Of a DNA stretch of 64,000 bases, positions 1 to 11,470 are shown one piece after another. This DNA comes from Candidatus Sericytochromatia bacterium. Its GTDB lineage: Bacteria; Cyanobacteriota; Sericytochromatia; S15B-MN24; VGJW01. The notes beneath the pieces were generated by a model that searched no databases, was not told the DNA's origin, and saw only the letters and a list, made by a program, of their open reading frames with translations. The DNA lies in the NCBI GenBank assembly GCA_035285865.1, contig JAYKHS010000007.1, forward strand, positions 1 through 64,000. Direction: 5' to 3'. The number at the start of each line of letters is the position of its first letter. Positions within the stretch are counted from its first letter, which is position 1. A program made the position numbers and the translations under genes.

Positions 1-611
1 TCCCCCAGGGCAAGCTCCCGCAAGATCTCGGCCACCTCGCGCTCCCCCGCTCCGGAAGTCCTGAGAACCCGCAGGGCCACGTGCCTGACGTGCCCGGACA
101 TCAATCGTGGCAGGACTTCCTCCGACCACATCTGCCGGAACTCGACAGGCACGCCCGGCAACGCCCAGACCGTGACGCCCCCCGGCCCGACCAAGAGAAG
201 GCCTGGTGCCGTACCCGCTCGGTTCTCGAGGACCTCGGCCCCCACCGGCAAAGCGGCCAGTCGGCAATCGGCCGCCACGGGCTCACGGCCGCGGGCCGTC
301 ACCTGACGAAAGACCTGCTCGCGCGCGAGGACATTGTCCTCCAATGGCACACCGGCCCAGAGCGCCAGTGCCTCCCTGGTCACATCGTCCGGCGTAGGAC
401 CGAGTCCACCGGTCACGATGATGGTCCGGGCCCCACCCGCCGACTCGGCTGCAAGCGCCTCTCGGATGCTCTCGACCCGGTCCGGCACGACCCTGGCACC
501 ACGCAGGGCAAGACCACGAACGGCCAGATCGCGACCGACCTGCAGCAGGTGGCGATCGAGGACGCGCCCCGTCAGCAGCTCATCACCGATGGCGAGGAAA
601 GCGAGGCTCAC
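1..611 (-). CDS. cinA: Competence/damage-inducible protein CinA (N-terminal MoCF-binding domain); runs off the window edge
   Basis: Manual translation from GTG 611, which overlaps the upp stop (GTGA): VSLAFLAIGDELLTGRVLD...IIVTGGLGPTPDDVTREA...LENRAGTAPG...ALPGVPVEF. These are typical CinA motifs. Not in the ORF track because it is truncated. Confidence 0.88.
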   Translation of the reverse strand, partial: MSLAFLAIGDELLTGRVLDRHLLQVGRDLAVRGLALRGARVVPDRVESIREALAAESAGGARTIIVTGGLGPTPDDVTREALALWAGVPLEDNVLAREQVFRQVTARGREPVAADCRLAALPVGAEVLENRAGTAPGLLLVGPGGVTVWALPGVPVEFRQMWSEEVLPRLMSGHVRHVALRVLRTSGAGEREVAEILRELALG

Positions 612-1258
612 GAAAGCGTGCCGAAGGTCCTGTCCCCGGCGTCACCCAGCCCGGGGACGATATAACCGCGCTCGTTCAGATGACTGTCGATGCAGACCGT
701 GTAGATCGGCACGGACGGATGATCGGCTCGCAACCGAGCCACGCCTTCGGGGCTGGCAATCAGGCAGAGGAACTTGATCTGGGCCACGCCCCGCCGACGA
801 AACAGATCGAGCGTGGCGGAAGCCGACCCGCCCGTGGCGAGCATGGGATCGATGACCAGCACCAGCGTATCGGGCGGAAAACGTTCGGGAAGCTTCGCGT
901 AATAGGTGACTGGCTCAAGCCGCTCTTCGTCGCGGTACAGGCCGATGTGACGAACCTCGGCCTCGGGAAGCAGTTCCATGGCCGGTTCCACCAGAGCCAG
1001 TCCGGCGCGCAGGATCGGAGCGATGACGATGGGGCGATCGCCGATGGTCTTGCCCTTGGCCACGGCCAGTGGCGTCTCCACCTCGATCTCCGTCGTCGGC
1101 AGATCGCGCGTGGCCTCGAGGATCAGGAACTTCGCCAGTTCGCGGGCACGCTGGCGGAAGCGCGGGACCGACGTGCCGCGGGCGCGGAGCTCGGCTACGG
1201 CCGTATGGACGAGCGGGTGATCCAGTTCGTGGACCATGGCATCGGCAGAACGTGTCAT
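608..1258 (-). CDS. upp: Uracil phosphoribosyltransferase
   Basis: Motifs PILRAG, IDPMLATGGSA and GYIVPGLGDAGDRTFGT. ATG 1258 overlaps the pgsA stop. Confidence 0.96.
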   Translation of the reverse strand: MTRSADAMVHELDHPLVHTAVAELRARGTSVPRFRQRARELAKFLILEATRDLPTTEIEVETPLAVAKGKTIGDRPIVIAPILRAGLALVEPAMELLPEAEVRHIGLYRDEERLEPVTYYAKLPERFPPDTLVLVIDPMLATGGSASATLDLFRRRGVAQIKFLCLIASPEGVARLRADHPSVPIYTVCIDSHLNERGYIVPGLGDAGDRTFGTLS

Positions 1259-1851
1259 GCACTCCTCCAAATCGCTCGGGTCTGCCAGATCATCGCAACT
1301 CCGGACCAGACGGTGAGCACGACAGCAAGGGCATAGAGACCGGTCGCCCACGGCAGCAGAGGGGGCCACGGCACGAGGAAGGCCGAGATCGAGCACATCT
1401 GCGCGATGGCCTTGGCCTTGCCCGACCAGGCGGCCGGACGAATGCCCTGGCCCATGTCCGCGAGCACGATGCGCAAGCCAGTGGCCAGAAACTCTCGCGC
1501 CAGCACGAGACTGACGCTCCAGCCCGGAATGCGCCCGCCCTCGACGAAGGCAACGAGACACGCGGCGACAAGAACCTTGTCGGCCAGGGGGTCGAGCCAT
1601 GCCCCCATGACGGAGGTCTGCCCCATCCGACGCGCAAGCAGGCCATCGATCCAGTCGGATGCCGCGGCCAGGCTGAACAACCCCAGAGGAATCCACGACC
1701 GCCAATCTCCGGCTGCGGAAGGTGCCCAAGCCATCGACCAGACGATGGGCGGCACCAGGACGAAGCGAAAGAGCGTGACCCAGGTGGCCAGCGTCAAGGG
1801 TGGCGGCGGGCGATCCGGACGAACCGGCGAAACCTCAGAGGGCGACGCCAT
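1255..1851 (-). CDS. pgsA: CDP-diacylglycerol--glycerol-3-phosphate 3-phosphatidyltransferase
   Basis: CDP-alcohol phosphotransferase motif SDWIDGLLARRMGQTSVMGAWLDPLADK, plus GKAKA. rimO-pgsA-cinA synteny. Start approximate. Confidence 0.9.
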   Translation of the reverse strand: MASPSEVSPVRPDRPPPPLTLATWVTLFRFVLVPPIVWSMAWAPSAAGDWRSWIPLGLFSLAAASDWIDGLLARRMGQTSVMGAWLDPLADKVLVAACLVAFVEGGRIPGWSVSLVLAREFLATGLRIVLADMGQGIRPAAWSGKAKAIAQMCSISAFLVPWPPLLPWATGLYALAVVLTVWSGVAMIWQTRAIWRSA

Positions 1852-3154
1852 GGAAGTCATAATGCGCCGCTTCCGTGACGCGAACAGGGACCAGACTGCC
1901 GATCTCGAGGTCGCGGTCAGCCCGGACAAAGGTCATCCCGTCGATCTCGGGCGCGTCGCGGAAGGTTCGGCCAATCCAGTGGCCGCGGCGTTCGTCGAGT
2001 CCCTCGATGAGCACATCCATCGTGCGGCCCACGAGGCCTCGATGAATTTCGAGCGAAATGCCCTGCTGCAACTCCATGATCCGGCGCTGCCGCGCCACCC
2101 GCGTCTTCTTGGGCACCACCGGCTTCATCGTGGCCCCGGGAGTCCCCTTCTCGGGAGAGTAGGCGAATGCACCGACGTGGTCCAACCGGGCTTCCCGCAC
2201 GAACTCGAGGACGTGTTCGGCGTGTTCCTCGGTTTCTCCGGGGAACCCCGTGATGAAGGTGGTCCTGAGCACGATGTCCGGGACGATCGCGCGCATGCGC
2301 GCCACCAGTTCGGTCGGCGGCTCGTGGCGCGGACGCTTCATGGCACGAAGCATGTCCGGATGGGTGTGCTGGAGCGGCACGTCCAGATACGGCAGTACCT
2401 TGGGCAGATCCCGAATGGCCTCCAGCAGTTCGTTCGTCATGTAATTCGGATAGGCATAAAGAATCCGGATCCACGACAGACCCTCGATGGCGTCGAGATC
2501 AGCCAGCAACTGGGGCAACCGGAACTTTCCCGTCTCCTTCTGGCCATAACGCGTCGTGTCTTCGGCGATGAGGACGATCTCGCGAACGCCCTGCTCCACG
2601 AGGCGGCGCGCCTCGGCCAGGATGGACGGCTTCTCGCGGGACACGTACCGCCCCCTGAACTGGGGGATGATGCAGAACGTGCAGACGTGGTCGCAACCTT
2701 CGGCAATCTTGAGGTAGGCCGACGGGCCCAGTCCGGTCAGGCGCCGGGGCAGGTCGACCAGGACGGTGCGCGCATCGGGGACCGGGGTCACGCCCTGCAG
2801 GCGCTCACCCGAGTCGACCCGCCGCACGACATCCACGATGCCACCGAAGTCCCCCGTACCGATGACTGCAGAGATCTCGGGCATCGACTCGAGCAGTTCT
2901 TCCTGGTGCCGTTGGGCGAGACACCCGGCGACGACGACCCGGCGACCATCCTGACCCAGTTCGAGGATGGTGCGGACAGACTCCTGCGTGGCGTCCCCGA
3001 CAAAGGAACAGGTGTTGACGATGACGACATCGGCCGACCGCTCGTCTCCGACGACCTCGAATCCGGCCTCCGTCAGCAGACCGAGCATGTTCTCCGAATC
3101 CACGGTGTTCTTCGAGCAGCCGAGACTGACCATGCCGACGCGTCGTGTCATCAT
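1835..3154 (-). CDS. rimO: Ribosomal protein S12 methylthiotransferase RimO
   Basis: SLGCSKNTVDSE (UPF0004 domain), radical-SAM motif EGCDHVCTFC, and DAPEIDG in the TRAM domain. Confidence 0.95.
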   Translation of the reverse strand: MMTRRVGMVSLGCSKNTVDSENMLGLLTEAGFEVVGDERSADVVIVNTCSFVGDATQESVRTILELGQDGRRVVVAGCLAQRHQEELLESMPEISAVIGTGDFGGIVDVVRRVDSGERLQGVTPVPDARTVLVDLPRRLTGLGPSAYLKIAEGCDHVCTFCIIPQFRGRYVSREKPSILAEARRLVEQGVREIVLIAEDTTRYGQKETGKFRLPQLLADLDAIEGLSWIRILYAYPNYMTNELLEAIRDLPKVLPYLDVPLQHTHPDMLRAMKRPRHEPPTELVARMRAIVPDIVLRTTFITGFPGETEEHAEHVLEFVREARLDHVGAFAYSPEKGTPGATMKPVVPKKTRVARQRRIMELQQGISLEIHRGLVGRTMDVLIEGLDERRGHWIGRTFRDAPEIDGMTFVRADRDLEIGSLVPVRVTEAAHYDFHGVAL

Positions 3155-3160
3155 CGCCCC

Positions 3161-4372
3161 CTAACGGCCGAGGCCAGGAGCCAGCACCACGTCCTCGGGA
3201 ATCGGCGCTGCGCCGGAAAGCAGGCTGAACAGAACGGATCCGGCCTGTTCCGTAAGCCCGCCCTGAGGCAACAGGTTCCAGGCCACGACCTTGCTCTTGC
3301 CGGGCGAAACCACCCACAACTCGGAGCTGTCTCCATTGACGGCAAGGTTGGTCGGCTCGAAGCTTCCTGCGGGCGACAGCGGCGAGAAGGTACCGCTCTG
3401 GGCGCCGGGCGGAATGGCCATGATGCCGAAGCCTTGGGGGTAGGACAGGTAGCGCCAGCCCTGTGCATCGATCGCGATGCCGCCGATGCCGCCGCTCACG
3501 CCCGAAAGCAGGACCACGGTCTCGTTGACGACCGGCAAATTGCCGGACTGCCAGGCAGAAAGGTCGCGCACCGACATGTAGGACCCGTTGATGGCATCGA
3601 CGACGTAGGCGAAGGCCGACGTGCCCGCTGCATCTTCCCAGATGGCCACCCGGGACGGCCGCTGCGGATCGCGGCCGACAGCGGCATCCAGCAGTTGTCC
3701 CGAGGTCTGGACGCTGCCGGAGACGACGCTGTAGGCCAGCAGGCGCGCAACCTTGACCGTGTTGGCCACGACAGGCTTGCGCGACAGGACCAATACCGCG
3801 TGCGGATAGGCTCCGTCCGTACCCACGGGATCCTTGCGGAAGTTGCGCACGGCCACCGAGACGGGCTCGAAGTCCTCGGGCAACGGGATGGTCCGGTCGA
3901 CCTGACGGCTGGCCACGTTGATGCGCCGCATGACCCGGTCTTCGGGACTGACGACGTAAAGAAACGCGCCGTCTCCCGTGATGGCCAGATCCGTCGGGTT
4001 CCGTCCCGCCTGAACGGTGGCCTCGATGTTGTTGCTGCGCCGGTTGACGAAGGCAACGGAGCCGCTCGTGTTGGAGCAGAGCACGAAGAGCAGTTCGCGA
4101 TTCTTCTCGTTGGTCGTGCCCGGGGGTGCGACGACCATGCGGGACGGGAAGCCCGGAACCCGGATGGGATCGACAGCCGGACGCCGAAGCACGGTATCGA
4201 TGACGGCCACCTCGTCGGAGCTGCCGGTCGAGACATAGGCACGCAAGGTCGGTGCCCCGCCGGAAGTTGGACCGGCCGCGTCAGTGCCGCGGAAGCACCC
4301 CGCGAAGAGCGTCACGAGGACGCCGAGGACGAGGCCTTCGGTCGTTCGGGTCAGTCGGCGCAAGCGGGCCAC
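3161..4372 (-). CDS. Putative lipoprotein with YVTN/YncE-like beta-propeller repeats
   Basis: Lipobox LFAGC. Repeats such as AYVSTGSSDEVAVID and GRNPTDLAITGDGAFLYVV. Confidence 0.6.
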   Translation of the reverse strand: MARLRRLTRTTEGLVLGVLVTLFAGCFRGTDAAGPTSGGAPTLRAYVSTGSSDEVAVIDTVLRRPAVDPIRVPGFPSRMVVAPPGTTNEKNRELLFVLCSNTSGSVAFVNRRSNNIEATVQAGRNPTDLAITGDGAFLYVVSPEDRVMRRINVASRQVDRTIPLPEDFEPVSVAVRNFRKDPVGTDGAYPHAVLVLSRKPVVANTVKVARLLAYSVVSGSVQTSGQLLDAAVGRDPQRPSRVAIWEDAAGTSAFAYVVDAINGSYMSVRDLSAWQSGNLPVVNETVVLLSGVSGGIGGIAIDAQGWRYLSYPQGFGIMAIPPGAQSGTFSPLSPAGSFEPTNLAVNGDSSELWVVSPGKSKVVAWNLLPQGGLTEQAGSVLFSLLSGAAPIPEDVVLAPGLGR

Positions 4373-4387
4373 CTCCAGGCGCCCATC

Positions 4388-7300
4388 CTAGCAGACAGGG
4401 GCACGCGTCGTCAGGGGCAACCGCCCCTCCCGGGCGAGATCGCCGGCAGCGAGCATCTGGCTGAGCACGCCGAGGACAGCCGGATCGAAGTGACCGGATG
4501 CCTGCATCTCGGCGAGGGCATCGAGCGACGGCAATGCAGGTCGCCACGCCTTTGCCGTCGTCATGCCATCCCATGCCTCGGCCACGGCGAGGATTCTCGC
4601 CAACAAGGGAATGTCCTCGCCGGCAAGTCCGCCGGGATAGCCGCTGCCGTCGAAGCGTTCGTGATGGTGCCGGATGGCGGCGACGGCCGAGGGATGCCGA
4701 CTGACGGGCGCCAACAGGCGCGCACCGACCTCGGGATGCACCTCCACCACGGCACGCTCCTCGGGCGTGAGCGCGCCGGGTTTGTGCAGGACACTCGGGG
4801 GGACGGCGACCTTGCCCAGATCGTGAAAGCGCGCGGCGACCGCAAGAGCCTCGAGATCGGCCTCAGCAAGGGCCAGCCGCCTGCCCATCTCGGCCGTCAG
4901 ATGCTCGAGATGCCGCGCATGCCCTTCTTCGAAACCGTCCATGGCCTCGAGGGTGCCGACCAGTTCGCCGATGGCCGAGAGGTAGGCTTCCTGACGCCGT
5001 TCCTCGAGAACGACCCGGCCCAGCGCCGAGGAGAGCCGGCCCGCCACCGTCTGGAAGAGACGCCGCTCGCGCGCCACCAGCCGCTTGCCCTCGCGCACGG
5101 CGACCAGAACGACACCGAGCCACTGTCCCTCATGGCGCAGCGGCAGGGATACGGCCTGGGCCAACCAGGAACCGCGCGCCTCGTCTGCCGCCCCGAAGGG
5201 CGACGCAATCAGCACCGGCGCCTCGGCCGCAGCGACCCGAGCGGGCCATTCCGCTCCGGGAGGGACCACCCAGATGCCCTCGCCCCCCGACCGCGCCCGC
5301 AGCACCAAGCCATCGCCATCCCGCAGCAACAGGACGGCCGGCAGGCCACCCAGGGCCTCCCGCACGACCGCGAGGGCCTGTTCCAGCCATGCATCGAGGC
5401 TGCCGTGGGAGCGATCGAGGCGCTCGAGCAACAGCATGTCCCTGTTGGTCTGCTGGTAGCTCTCGTGCCACACGAGGGACAGCGTCAGCGTGGACTGCCG
5501 CGAGAGCCACTCGAGGCCGGACAGCACGATGAGCTTGTCCTGCGGCGAGAAGGGGCCGTGCCGGACGTGGTCCTGGAAAGCACCGGAAAGGGCAAGGACA
5601 ACATTCTCCGCCTGCGTCAGGGAGATACCGGCGCCAAGCCAGTTCAAGGCCTCGGCGCGCAGGGCCTGATAGAACGAGACGGCCTCAGCCGGTTCACCGG
5701 CATCGGCAGCTCCGGCGTCCAGACGCAGCAGCAGAAGGCCACGTGCCTGAGCCACCAGGGACTCGGGACTGTCGTCGGCGGTCGACGGCGCGCCGCACAA
5801 CCGCAAGGCCTGATGCAGGCGCTGGACGGCAGGGGCCTGGCCCTCCTCGAGCCACGCAGCCCATCGCCCTCGGTCCAGCACGGACGACTGACGAATGGCC
5901 TGGCGGGGCGTGCTCCCCGGCTCGGGTGCCGCCATCTGGACAGGCTGTTCCTTGTCCGAATCCCATCCGAAGACGCGATCACGCCCGCCGTGTTTCGCGG
6001 CATAAAGCGCCTGATCCGCCCGATCGAGCAGCTCATCAGCCGTGGAGCGACTGGTGGCATGATGCGCCAACCCGATGCTGACCGTTATCTGGACCGGCGT
6101 CTGGCTGCGCCCCCAGAAGGGATGCTGGCGAAGGCGGGACCTGAAGCGGGAAACCACGGCGAGGGCCGCATCCAGCGGCGTCTCCGGAAGGATAACGGCG
6201 AACTCCTCGCCCCCGTAGCGGGCCACCACGTCGGTTTCGCGGACGGACTCCTTGAGGACGTGAGCCAGAGAACGCAGCACTTGGTCTCCCAGCAGATGAC
6301 CGTGTGCGTCATTGAAAGCCTTGAAGAAATCCACATCCAGCAGCAGGACCGTCGTGCCGTGACCGAGGCGCGAGGCCCGGCGCAATTCGGACTCGAGTTG
6401 GCGTTGCAGGTAACGTCGGTTGTAGACCCCCGTCAGGCCGTCCGTTATGGCCAGCAGCTGCGTGGTCTGAACAAGCTGAGCCTTGCGGATGGCGAACGTC
6501 GCATGCGCAGCCAAGGTGACGAGCAACTCGCCTTCACGCTCCGAAAAGGCTGCCGGCTCGGGATCGAGCAGGCAGAGCAGGCCCGCAAAACCCTCGTCCG
6601 TGCGGATGGGGGCCGCCAGCAAGCTGGCGTGAAGCCCTTCGGGCAGCCCCTCGCCCAGGGCATGACCGACCAGATCATCGATAAGCAGCGCCTCCTCACG
6701 GGTCTGGACTGCCTGCGCGACGCGCTGGCCCCACCCCTCGGGCAACGTGCCTTCGGCTGGCATCAGACCCTCGAGGTCCACAGGCTCAAGATCGCCCGTC
6801 TCGCGATCTTCAAGGACGAGCAAGCAGGCCCCGGGGTCGAAGACCTGCCGGATACCGGAACCGATCTCCCGCAGCGTGTCGGAGATGTCCGTGCTGCCCG
6901 AGATGGCGGCAGCGACCCCGTGTAGCACACGCAGTTCGCGGTTGGCGCCGTCTAGGTCGGAAATGGTCCGGGCCAGTTGGTGATTCGCGTCGTCGAGGTC
7001 CTCGTTGGTCCGGGCCAGCTGCCGGTTGCTGCGATCGAGGCCCTCCACGGCCTCGGCCAACGAGGCATTGCGGTCGGCCAGTTCGCGGCGGACCTGGCGG
7101 CTGCGCATCACCTGCAGGAACAGGATCGTCGACGCGAGGAAGGGCACGAGGACAAGGGTCGAGACCTGCCACGAATAGGTGTGGAGGAGCCAGGGCACCA
7201 TGATGGCGATCGGCGCCTGCAGCAGGGTGAACAGGAACTCCCAGCGGTCGTCCCGCCAGATCAGCGACCATAGTGGCTGCTGGCGTTCGATGGCAAAGTA

Positions 7301-7792
7301 GCTATCCACCAGCACGACGTTGAGCGTCACGAAGGCCATCGCGCCAGCAAGGAAGACGGCTGGCGACGTCGCTTGCCACGCAGCGGGCACGTGCCCGCCG
7401 AGAGACAGCACCGCATGGGCACCGAGGGTAGCGAGGACATACTGCGCCGTGTTGAAAAGCCCCGCAGTCAGCGGCCTCGCCTGAAACAGCGCAGCCCCGA
7501 GGGCACCGGCAAGCACCACGAGCAAGGTCGGCGCCGGGCCATGCTCCAGCAGGCACGAGAAGAACACGGCAAAGGAGGGAGAGGTCCTGCCTCCCCGCGG
7601 CAGACGAATCTGGAAGGACTCGGAAAGCAGGCCCAGCACCAGGAAGAGGGCCAGCAGAGGATCGGCAAGGGTGCGGGCCAGATCGCCCTTGACCACCTGC
7701 CACACCAGGACCGCAACACCCGCCAGCAGACCAAGCGCCGTGATGCCGTGGAAGTAACGGCGCGCCCAAGGGGTCGCGAGCGGCGCGGTCAC
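4388..7792 (-). CDS. Membrane-bound GAF-GGDEF-(helical)-GAF-HD-GYP c-di-GMP turnover protein
   Basis: N-terminal multi-TM region and coiled coil, then TDGLTGVYNRR, RETD I-site and GGEEF. C-terminal HDLGK...HHERFDGSGYP. Confidence 0.88.
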   Translation of the reverse strand: MTAPLATPWARRYFHGITALGLLAGVAVLVWQVVKGDLARTLADPLLALFLVLGLLSESFQIRLPRGGRTSPSFAVFFSCLLEHGPAPTLLVVLAGALGAALFQARPLTAGLFNTAQYVLATLGAHAVLSLGGHVPAAWQATSPAVFLAGAMAFVTLNVVLVDSYFAIERQQPLWSLIWRDDRWEFLFTLLQAPIAIMVPWLLHTYSWQVSTLVLVPFLASTILFLQVMRSRQVRRELADRNASLAEAVEGLDRSNRQLARTNEDLDDANHQLARTISDLDGANRELRVLHGVAAAISGSTDISDTLREIGSGIRQVFDPGACLLVLEDRETGDLEPVDLEGLMPAEGTLPEGWGQRVAQAVQTREEALLIDDLVGHALGEGLPEGLHASLLAAPIRTDEGFAGLLCLLDPEPAAFSEREGELLVTLAAHATFAIRKAQLVQTTQLLAITDGLTGVYNRRYLQRQLESELRRASRLGHGTTVLLLDVDFFKAFNDAHGHLLGDQVLRSLAHVLKESVRETDVVARYGGEEFAVILPETPLDAALAVVSRFRSRLRQHPFWGRSQTPVQITVSIGLAHHATSRSTADELLDRADQALYAAKHGGRDRVFGWDSDKEQPVQMAAPEPGSTPRQAIRQSSVLDRGRWAAWLEEGQAPAVQRLHQALRLCGAPSTADDSPESLVAQARGLLLLRLDAGAADAGEPAEAVSFYQALRAEALNWLGAGISLTQAENVVLALSGAFQDHVRHGPFSPQDKLIVLSGLEWLSRQSTLTLSLVWHESYQQTNRDMLLLERLDRSHGSLDAWLEQALAVVREALGGLPAVLLLRDGDGLVLRARSGGEGIWVVPPGAEWPARVAAAEAPVLIASPFGAADEARGSWLAQAVSLPLRHEGQWLGVVLVAVREGKRLVARERRLFQTVAGRLSSALGRVVLEERRQEAYLSAIGELVGTLEAMDGFEEGHARHLEHLTAEMGRRLALAEADLEALAVAARFHDLGKVAVPPSVLHKPGALTPEERAVVEVHPEVGARLLAPVSRHPSAVAAIRHHHERFDGSGYPGGLAGEDIPLLARILAVAEAWDGMTTAKAWRPALPSLDALAEMQASGHFDPAVLGVLSQMLAAGDLAREGRLPLTTRAPVC

Positions 7793-8601
7793 GGCCTCGC
7801 CTCCGCAGAGGCCTCGGACGGGACCGGTGCTGCCCCCGGCAACAGGGCTGCCTCAGGCGGGAAGGGCGCGTCGGCATCGGCACCCGCCACGACCAACAAA
7901 TTCTCGACATCACGGACGCCAGGCAGATTCCGGGCGTCACGAGCCAGAACAACCTTGGTTTCGAGCGTGGGCACGGCTCCCGTCAGGCGCAGGATGTGCC
8001 CGTGCAGCGAGGCGCGCACCCCCGGCACCCCGATGGGCACCAGTTCACCGACTTCGCGCACGGCCTGGGCCAGCAGGGTCGGCTTCCAAGGCTGACCGTG
8101 TTCGTCCATGAGCGTGCAGGAAGCCTCGGACCACGCCTCGCCGACGGGCAGCCGCTGCAGGTACGCCGTGAGCGAAGAGTCCACATCGACTCTGGCCTGC
8201 GCGGGAGCGACGCCCGAACGGCGCGCATCCAGCGGCGTTACCGTCAGCAACGGATCCGGCCCGAGGGCGAAGAGGATTCCGGCAACCCCGGTCGTGGCCT
8301 GAAGCGGCCCAGGTGTCCTGATCGTGCCATCCCGGGAGATGGCCGCGCGAAGCCTGGCCCTGATTTCCGCGAACCGCAAGGCCAGTGCCCGATCGTCCGA
8401 TGCCGCCAGCGTCACGACGGGACGACCGTCGAGAACCAGGCGGGCCGTCACCCAGTGCATGGCGAAGGGCGCGGCAGCAGTCCGCGAGGACACGGGAAGG
8501 GTGCCACGCACCGATGGCGCCGCCCCGGTGAGCAGGAGGGCGGACAGGAACAGCCCCCACGCATCCCTGCTCGGCCGGAGCAAAGATTCACAAAACGTCA
8601 C
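7789..8601 (-). CDS. Exported protein with a C-terminal BON domain
   Basis: Hydrophobic N-terminus. C-terminal LRLTGAVPT...ARNLPGVRDVENLL is BON-like. GTG 8601 lies 7 nt after a TGnTATGAT box; ATG 8610/8613 are alternative starts. Confidence 0.6.
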   Translation of the reverse strand: MTFCESLLRPSRDAWGLFLSALLLTGAAPSVRGTLPVSSRTAAAPFAMHWVTARLVLDGRPVVTLAASDDRALALRFAEIRARLRAAISRDGTIRTPGPLQATTGVAGILFALGPDPLLTVTPLDARRSGVAPAQARVDVDSSLTAYLQRLPVGEAWSEASCTLMDEHGQPWKPTLLAQAVREVGELVPIGVPGVRASLHGHILRLTGAVPTLETKVVLARDARNLPGVRDVENLLVVAGADADAPFPPEAALLPGAAPVPSEASAEARP

Positions 8602-8654
8602 GCTTGTCATCATAGCACAGCGCCCTGTGGCTGCGGATGCGGTCGCGGGCGGGT

Positions 8655-8683
8655 TTGACGGTCCCCCCATGCCCCCCTAGCAT
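8655..8683 (+). promoter_or_regulatory. Sigma70-type promoter of typA (probably leaderless)
   Basis: TTGACG (8655-8660), 17-nt spacer, TAGCAT (8678-8683). The typA ATG at 8690 falls at the expected +1. Confidence 0.6.
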
Positions 8684-8689
8684 GGGTAG

Positions 8690-10464
<1,775 letters not shown>

Positions 10465-10465
<1 letters not shown>

Positions 10466-10986
10466 TGACACTTCCGGCAGGCCGCACGGCTGTATACCCG
10501 GGCTCCTTTGACCCGGTCACCGTGGGGCACCTTGACATCATCGACCGCGCCATCGAGCTTTTTGACCGCGTAGTGGTGGCCGTGCTGAACAACACCACCA
10601 AAAAAGGGCTGCTCAGCGTCGAGGAGCGTGTCATGCTGTTGCGGGAGGTATTGGCCAACAGGCCCTCGGTCGAGGTATGCAGCTTTCAAGGGCTGACGGC
10701 TGACTTTGCGGCGTCACTCGGAGCCCGGACCCTGATCCGCGGCCTGCGCGCCGTGTCCGACTTCGATGCCGAGCTGCGCATCGCCCTGATGAATCGACGC
10801 CTGAACCCCGATCTCGACACGGTATTCCTCATGACGCGCGCCGAGAATCTTTTCCTCGCGTCCTCCACCGTGAAGGAAGTCGCCTCCCTTGGGGGGGACA
10901 TCGCATCCTTCGTGCCTGCCCCCGTGGCACGCCATCTGGCTGCCCGGTTCCGACCTGCCCCGCCCGATTCGGAGATGAGCCGTTGA
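10465..10986 (+). CDS. coaD: Phosphopantetheine adenylyltransferase
   Basis: AVYPGSFDPVTVGHLDII, IRGLRAVSDF and SSTVKE. Confidence 0.96.
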
Positions 10987-11468
10987 ACGCAAACGATATG
11001 CCGGCCGACGGCCGCCGCCCCGCACTGAAGGCCCTAGAGCTGGTGCACGCGATGGGAGACCTCTTCACGCGGGCGTGGCGCATTCCGCTTGCGCGCCTGA
11101 GCATCGTATCCGAAGACCGTTTCTATGATCTGCTCGAAGATCTTGAGGGATCCCTGCCCGGAGAGTTTGAGAAGGCCCGTGACCTGCTGGCGCGTCAGGA
11201 GCAGATTCTCGACGAGGCACGGCAGGAAGCTGCGGGCATCCTCGCGGAGGCCCGCCGTCAGGCGCAGGTCTTGGTTCAGGAGCACGAGATCGTGCGGGCG
11301 GCGATGGACGAGGCTGCTCGGATTCGCTCGGCGGTGGACACCGAGCTCGCCGTCCAGCAGGAAGGTGCCGATCGCTACGCTGATGAAGTTCTCGGCACCA
11401 TGGAGGACCGCCTCGGCCGCGTGCTTGCGACGGTCCAGGCGGGGCGACAGCACCTGCAGGCCAGCTGA
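10983..11468 (+). CDS. DivIVA-like coiled-coil protein (Cdv3/SepIVA-like)
   Basis: Coiled-coil sequence LPGEFEKARDLL...AQVLVQEHEIVRAA...GADRYADEVL...VQAGRQHL, lying directly after coaD. Confidence 0.7.
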   Translation: MNANDMPADGRRPALKALELVHAMGDLFTRAWRIPLARLSIVSEDRFYDLLEDLEGSLPGEFEKARDLLARQEQILDEARQEAAGILAEARRQAQVLVQEHEIVRAAMDEAARIRSAVDTELAVQQEGADRYADEVLGTMEDRLGRVLATVQAGRQHLQAS

Positions 11469-11470
11469 TC

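Noticed and set aside
1406..6925. 1839-aa plus-strand ORF
   Set aside because: It is the antisense shadow of pgsA, rimO, the lipoprotein and the GGDEF gene. It has no motifs, and long stop-free antisense frames are expected at this GC content.
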